Positions 16,563-21,292 of a stretch of DNA of 21,292 bases are shown here, in pieces (the first letter of the stretch is position 1; each line of letters begins with the position of its first letter). The DNA is from an uncultured virus (IMG/VR IMGVR_UViG_2740892251_000001) (Duplodnaviria; Heunggongvirae; Uroviricota; Caudoviricetes). The stretch lies in IMG/VR virus record IMGVR_UViG_2740892251_000001, one strand, 5' to 3'. The translations under genes and the position numbers were made by a program. Under the pieces are notes generated by a model. It had not been told where the DNA came from. It ran no database searches and saw nothing but the letters and a program-made list of their open reading frames with translations.

Positions 16563-16717
16563 CGCTCGACCCAAAACTGGAAGTTGACGACCTGATGGCG
16601 GATGTTGCCGCCATTTTTCACTGGCCGCCGTCAGAGCTTTGGGCCTTGAGCCTCACAGAACTGGTGCGCTGGCGTCATAAAGCCCTACTACGCAGTGGAG
16701 CCGTAAATCATGAGTAA
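16535..16717 (+). CDS. gpE' extension reached by a -1 programmed frameshift (E+E', about 155 aa from 16251)
   Basis: Slippery TTTTTTG at 16535-16541; the -1 frame encodes DDLMADVAAIFHWPPSEL, typical of gpE'. Confidence 0.88.
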   Translation, partial: FFVAETGGVTLDPKLEVDDLMADVAAIFHWPPSELWALSLTELVRWRHKALLRSGAVNHE

Positions 16718-19121
16718 GAGCTTACAGTTACAGGTATTGCTCAAAGCAGTAGACCAAGCCACCCGCCCGTTTAAAGCCATTCAAACCGCCAGTAAATCCC
16801 TCACCGGGGATATTCGCAACACGCAAAGCAGCATCAAATCCCTTGATGCGCAGGCGGCGAAAATTGACGGTTTCCGCAAGGCCAGCGCCCAACTGGCCGT
16901 CACCGGGCAGGCGCTGAAAAAAGCCAAAGAAGATGCAGCGGCGCTGGCTATCGCCTTTAAAAACACCGAGAAACCCACCGCTCAACAAGCCCGACTGATG
17001 GAGGGAGCCAAGCGCGCGGCGTCTGAACTGCAAACCAAATACAACGGGTTACGCCAGTCAGTGCAGCGTCAGCGCGACGCCCTTAACGCTGACGGCATTG
17101 CCACCAAAAACCTGAGCAGTGAACAGCGCCGGTTACGCAGTAGTGCCGCCGAGGCGACTGTTGCCCTGAGTCGCCAGCGCCAAGAACTGCAACGCCTGAG
17201 CTTGAAACAGGAGCAACTCAACCGTATCAGCAATCGTTACCAGCAAGGCAAAGCCGCCACCAGTGCCGTGCGTAATACCAGTGCGGCGAGTCTTGGCGTA
17301 GCAACTGCCGGGCTGTACGGCGCGGCGAAACTGGTTGCGCCAGGTATGGAGTTTGACAGCCAGATGTCAGGCACACAGGCGATTTTAGGGCTGGATAAGA
17401 ACGACGCCAAGCTGGCCGCCATTCGTAAACAGGCGCGAGATATTGGCGGTTCAACGGCCTTTTCCCCGACTGACGTAGCGCGAACCCAAGACACGCTGGC
17501 GCGTGCTGGCTATGACGCTAACTCTATTCTGGCCGCGACTGAACCGACGGTTAACCTGTCGCTGGCGTCCGGTGTGGATATTGCTGAGGCGGCCGATATT
17601 GTCACCAACATGCAATCGGCGTTTAACCTGCCGTTAGACCAGATTAAACGCGTGTCGGACGTGATGGCGAAAGGCTTTACCAGCTCAAACACCAACCTGT
17701 TAGAACTGGGTGAGGCCATGAAATATGTGGCCCCGATTGCTGAGGCCGCCGGGGCCAGCATTGAAGACACCACCGCGTTACTCGGTGTACTGGCTGATAA
17801 CGGTATCAAGGGCAGCATGGCGGGTACCAGTACCAGTGCGGTGTTTAGCCGGTTGCAAGCGCCTGTCGGGCAAGCACCGGCCGCACTGAAAGAGCTGGGA
17901 ATAACGACCCGCGACGACAAAGGCAATATGTTGCCGGTGGCGAAAATCCTTAAAGATATTGACCGCTCGTTTAAAAAGAACACGTTAGGCACCGCGCAGC
18001 AAGCCGAGTATCTGAAAGTGATATTTGGTGAAGAGGCGATGAAAGGCGCGGTGAAACTGGTGGCTGCTGCCGGTAACGGCAAGCTGGCGGAGAAACAAAG
18101 TAAGCTGATGCAGGCCGGTGGCACCGCGCAATCTATCGCCACAGTCAGAATGGATAACCTTGACGGCGACCTGAAAAACCTGAGTTCGGCATGGGAAGAC
18201 TTAGAGATTGAAGTCTTTGAGAAGCAAGACTCCGCGCTGCGCAAACTGACCCTAACCGCAACCGACTGGCTGATTAATGTGGCTGCATGGGCCAAGAAAA
18301 ACCCGGAGCTGGTCAGCACCATTACCACCGTTACTGGCGCGGCGTTGGTACTGGTTGCCGGATTGGGGGCGCTGGGGCTGATTGCATGGCCGGTCATGGC
18401 CGGGTTTAACCTGTTATTGGCTGGTGCCGGTTTGTTGAGTACCGGCTTTTCCATCATGGGTGGAACAATTGCTGCAACACTTGCCACGTTGGCATGGCCG
18501 GTCACTGCGGTGATTGCGCTTATTATTGCTGGTGCGCTGCTTATTCGTAAGTTTTGGGAGCCTATTAGCGCATTTATGGCAGGTGTAGTGACAGGCTTTA
18601 CCGCTGTTGCTGGGCCAATCAGTGCGGCATTTACCCCGCTAGTTAATGGCTTTAACCAGCTCAAGACACTGTTTGCTGAATTGGTCGCCCCCATCAAATT
18701 TAGTGGGGAGTCGTTGCTTATTGCTACCACTGCTGGGGAAACATTCGGCCGAGGTTTAGCTTATGCGCTCAGACTTCCCATTGATGCACTGGGGCAGCTA
18801 CGCAGTGGCATTGACTGGGTACTGGAAAAACTCGGCATTATTGATAGTAAATCTGCCGGGCTGGCCGATAACGTCCCGAAAGATAACCCTTACGCGGGGG
18901 GATACTCACCCAGTGGCGGCGTGTTATACGGCAGTTATCAGCCGGTCACCGCCAATACCGGCACCACTATCGTTGATAGCAGTGTCACCACCAATGATAT
19001 CAAGGTGACTATCCCGCCGGGCATGAGCCGACAGGATGCGGAACGAATGATGGTTGATGCCCTTGCCAAGAACGAACGCGATAAGCGCGCCCGTCAGCGC
19101 GGCCAGATGGAGAATGATTAA
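16710..19121 (+). CDS. T: Tape measure protein (P2 gpT)
   Basis: 803 aa, Ala-rich; AVDQATRPF and LADNGIKGSMAGT motifs; hydrophobic C-terminal region. Confidence 0.94.
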   Translation: MSKSLQLQVLLKAVDQATRPFKAIQTASKSLTGDIRNTQSSIKSLDAQAAKIDGFRKASAQLAVTGQALKKAKEDAAALAIAFKNTEKPTAQQARLMEGAKRAASELQTKYNGLRQSVQRQRDALNADGIATKNLSSEQRRLRSSAAEATVALSRQRQELQRLSLKQEQLNRISNRYQQGKAATSAVRNTSAASLGVATAGLYGAAKLVAPGMEFDSQMSGTQAILGLDKNDAKLAAIRKQARDIGGSTAFSPTDVARTQDTLARAGYDANSILAATEPTVNLSLASGVDIAEAADIVTNMQSAFNLPLDQIKRVSDVMAKGFTSSNTNLLELGEAMKYVAPIAEAAGASIEDTTALLGVLADNGIKGSMAGTSTSAVFSRLQAPVGQAPAALKELGITTRDDKGNMLPVAKILKDIDRSFKKNTLGTAQQAEYLKVIFGEEAMKGAVKLVAAAGNGKLAEKQSKLMQAGGTAQSIATVRMDNLDGDLKNLSSAWEDLEIEVFEKQDSALRKLTLTATDWLINVAAWAKKNPELVSTITTVTGAALVLVAGLGALGLIAWPVMAGFNLLLAGAGLLSTGFSIMGGTIAATLATLAWPVTAVIALIIAGALLIRKFWEPISAFMAGVVTGFTAVAGPISAAFTPLVNGFNQLKTLFAELVAPIKFSGESLLIATTAGETFGRGLAYALRLPIDALGQLRSGIDWVLEKLGIIDSKSAGLADNVPKDNPYAGGYSPSGGVLYGSYQPVTANTGTTIVDSSVTTNDIKVTIPPGMSRQDAERMMVDALAKNERDKRARQRGQMEND

Positions 19122-19123
19122 TC

Positions 19124-19609
19124 ATGATGTTATCACTGGGGTTATTTGTCTTTATGCGCCAAACCACGCCTTACCAAAGCATGGGGCGCGATATTGATTA
19201 CCGCTGGCCGACTAACAGCCGGGTGGGCTTGCGCCCATCCGCGCAATTTCTTGGCGTAGACAGTGAGAAAATTAAGCTGTCCGGTGTATTACTGCCGGAA
19301 CTGACCGGTGGCCGCCTGTCATTGCTGGCCCTTGAGTCGATGGCTGACCAAGGCAAAGCGTGGCCGCTGGTTGAGGGTAGCGGCATGATTTACGGCATGT
19401 TTGTCATCGAGAGCCTGAGCCAGACCGGCACGCTATTATTTGAAGACGGTAGCGCCCGGCGCATTGAGTTCACCCTCAATCTGTTGCGGGTTGACGAGTC
19501 ATTAACGGCCATGTTCGGCGACATGAAACAACAGGCTGACGAGTTGCTGGGTAAAGCGACAGCAATGACCGGTAAAGCACAGGCAGCTATCGGGGGATTA
19601 TTCTCATGA
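19124..19609 (+). CDS. U: Tail protein U
   Basis: MMLSLGLFVF start, LSGVLLPELTGG and RRIEFTL motifs. Confidence 0.93.
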   Translation: MMLSLGLFVFMRQTTPYQSMGRDIDYRWPTNSRVGLRPSAQFLGVDSEKIKLSGVLLPELTGGRLSLLALESMADQGKAWPLVEGSGMIYGMFVIESLSQTGTLLFEDGSARRIEFTLNLLRVDESLTAMFGDMKQQADELLGKATAMTGKAQAAIGGLFS

Positions 19610-20775
19610 TGACCGGCATGTCTCTACCGGCCGGGGCGGATATGGCCCCAGACTATATGCTGATGATTAACGCGAAAGATATCACGCAGAATATTCGCGC
19701 CCGGCTGTTGTCTCTGAACCTGACCGATAACCGGGGCTTTGAAGCTGACCAGCTCGACATTGAACTGGATGACGCAGACGGCCAGCTTTCTATGCCGGAA
19801 CGGGGCGCGGTGCTGTCGGTGTTTTTGGGCTGGAAAGGGTCGGCGCTGATTGGTAAAGGTGACTTTACCGTGGATGAGGTCGAGCACCATGGCGCACCAG
19901 ACACACTGACTATTCGTGCCCGCAGTGCCGATTTTCGGGGTTCGCTCAATGCGCGGCGGGAAGTCTCTTATCATGAGACAACGCTGGGTAAAGTCGTGGC
20001 GCAGGTGGCGGAGCGCAACAACCTGAAAGCGATGCTGGCCGAGGGGCTGGCGGATATCGCTATCTCTCATATCGACCAGACCCAAGAAACTGACGCCAAG
20101 TTTATCACCCGGTTAGCCTCGCTTAATGGTGCAGTGGCCGCCGTTAAAGCCGGGCGATTGTTGTTTATCAAGCCGGGCAGCGGTGTCACTGCCCGTGGTA
20201 AACCCATTCCGCAAATGACGATCACCCGACAAGATGGCGACCAGCACAGCTTTAGTATTGCTGACCGGGGCGCGTATACCGGTGTCAGTGCCAGTTGGTT
20301 GCACACCAAAGACCCCAAACCGGCAAAACCGAAAAAGGTTAAGTTAAAGCGCAAGCCGAAGTTTAAACAGCTCCGCGCACTGGAACACCCGAAAGCCAAG
20401 CCGACCCGCGCCAAAGCGGCTAAAGAGAAAAAACCGGTAGAGGAAAAGCAAGGGGATTATCTGGTGGGGGCTGAGGATAATGTCTTTGTTATCACGACGG
20501 TTTACGCCACGCAAAAAGCTGCCATGCGCGCTGCCCAGTCTAAATGGGAGAAGTTACAGCGCGGTGTTGCTGAGTTCTCTATCACTCTTGCCATGGGGCG
20601 CGCTGATTTATTTCCTGAAACACCTGTTGCGGTCAACGGTTTTAAATCCGTGATAGACCAACAGAGTTGGATAATTAGCAAGGTATCGCACAGCCTGAGC
20701 AACAGCGGCTACACCACCCAATTGTCTCTCGAAGTGCTGTTGTCGGATGTGACATACGAGGCCACTGAGCAGTGA
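19606..20775 (+). CDS. D: Baseplate hub protein (P2 gpD)
   Basis: LTDNRGFEADQLDIELDD, HIDQTQETD and GRADLFPE motifs. Confidence 0.94.
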   Translation: MMTGMSLPAGADMAPDYMLMINAKDITQNIRARLLSLNLTDNRGFEADQLDIELDDADGQLSMPERGAVLSVFLGWKGSALIGKGDFTVDEVEHHGAPDTLTIRARSADFRGSLNARREVSYHETTLGKVVAQVAERNNLKAMLAEGLADIAISHIDQTQETDAKFITRLASLNGAVAAVKAGRLLFIKPGSGVTARGKPIPQMTITRQDGDQHSFSIADRGAYTGVSASWLHTKDPKPAKPKKVKLKRKPKFKQLRALEHPKAKPTRAKAAKEKKPVEEKQGDYLVGAEDNVFVITTVYATQKAAMRAAQSKWEKLQRGVAEFSITLAMGRADLFPETPVAVNGFKSVIDQQSWIISKVSHSLSNSGYTTQLSLEVLLSDVTYEATEQ

Positions 20776-20797
20776 AATTCAACTAATTGATATTTAT

Positions 20798-20826
20798 TTC
20801 ACAAATGCGAATACTGGTGATAAGAT
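20798..20826 (+). promoter_or_regulatory. sigma70 promoter for ogr
   Basis: TTCACA (20798-20803), 17-nt spacer, TGnTAAGAT extended -10 (hexamer at 20821-20826); GGAGG SD before the ATG. Confidence 0.75.
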
Positions 20827-20863
20827 CAGCATAATTACTGAATATGCAGTTTCGGAGGTAAAT

Positions 20864-21079
20864 ATGATGCATTGCCCACGCTGTAAATTTGCAGCACACG
20901 CGAGATCCAGTCGTTACCTTAGTGATGAAACTAAAGAACGCTATCACCAGTGCACGAATATTAATTGCGGCAAAACCTTTAAGACCCATGAAACAATCGT
21001 TGATACGATAATGGAGCCGGGAATAATTAATGCTGTACCGCCCCACCCTAAAGGGAATCAAGGCGTGTTGTGGATGTAG
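20864..21079 (+). CDS. ogr: Late transcription activator, Ogr/Delta/186-B zinc finger
   Basis: CPRC...ERYHQCTNINCGKTF C4 zinc finger and PPHP tail; 71 aa. Confidence 0.95.
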   Translation: MMHCPRCKFAAHARSSRYLSDETKERYHQCTNINCGKTFKTHETIVDTIMEPGIINAVPPHPKGNQGVLWM

Positions 21080-21085
21080 TTGAAG

Positions 21086-21110
21086 AAGCCTGCAAATTGC
21101 AGGTTTTTTT
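21086..21110 (+). terminator. Intrinsic terminator after ogr
   Basis: GCCTGCA-aat-TGCAGG hairpin followed by T7. Confidence 0.85.
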
Positions 21111-21205
21111 ATTATTAAAATTTGGCGTAATTAATATCTTATTGGGGATAATTGGCGGTTTATCGTGCTTGCTACTGGATGCAGCCTTGAGGATGTGAAA
21201 AGTGC

Positions 21206-21246
21206 CGTAGACACAATGTAGTCATTTTGTAGTCACTCTGCTGCCA
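21206..21246. repeat. Integrase arm-type site array
   Basis: CGTAGACA, TGTAGTCA, TGTAGTCA and TGCTGCCA start at 21206, 21217, 21228 and 21239 (11-bp period), downstream of ogr where P2-family att sites lie. Confidence 0.7.
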
Positions 21247-21265
21247 CTTGCCAAATTTCAGGCAC

Positions 21266-21286
21266 AAAAAAACCGCCTCTCGGCGG
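21266..21286 (-). terminator. Minus-strand intrinsic terminator for a gene entering from the right (int or a host gene)
   Basis: A7 followed by CCGCC-tctc-GGCGG, which reads as hairpin plus T7 on the minus strand. Confidence 0.75.
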
Positions 21287-21292
21287 GTTACG

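Larger units (their letters stand above)
1..21292. mobile_element. P2/186-like prophage, late region (head, lysis, tail, ogr) up to the att-proximal arm
   Basis: Contiguous P2-order gene set from Q to ogr, with Ogr boxes, the E/E' slippery site and integrase arm-like repeats at the right end. Confidence 0.97.

Noticed and set aside
17510..18730. 406-aa antisense ORF inside the tape measure gene
   Set aside because: It mirrors the T reading frame, has low-complexity Ser/Ala/Pro composition and shows no recognisable motifs, which is typical of a shadow ORF.
10143..20775. Tailocin, T6SS or eCIS locus
   Set aside because: Intact portal, terminase, capsid and ogr genes in P2 order show that this is a phage.
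20783..21061. 92-aa minus-strand ORF overlapping ogr
   Set aside because: It is antisense to a clear ogr gene and its promoter and shows no recognisable features.
21206..21246. CRISPR array or iterons
   Set aside because: The 8-bp units with 3-bp gaps are far too short for CRISPR, and their position fits integrase arm sites.

Overview
The window is the complete late (morphogenesis and lysis) region of a P2/186-family (Peduovirus-like) temperate myophage, probably an enterobacterial prophage. The gene order is canonical: Q-P (minus strand), then O-N-M-L-X-holin-endolysin-lysB-lysC-R-S, V-W-J-I-H, FI-FII-E/E'-T-U-D and ogr, followed by terminators and integrase arm-type repeats near an att site. 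All core ORFs look intact. Three Ogr-type late-promoter boxes (TGT-N12-ACA) are visible, as is the TTTTTTG -1 frameshift in gene E. The non-canonical parts are: (i) an AT-rich moron between S and V with a membrane-anchored pentapeptide-repeat gene and, convergent with it, a roughly 57-nt tRNA-like cloverleaf behind a TTGACA promoter-like element; (ii) a 56-aa gene, missing from the ORF track, in place of gpG after a chimeric tail fibre; (iii) an extra gene with a Pro-rich N-terminus coupled downstream of the portal gene; (iv) a roughly 68-aa C-terminal extension on the major capsid protein; (v) a P1-Lyz-type SAR endolysin with no lysA. Family calls come from recognised motifs and synteny, not from database searches.
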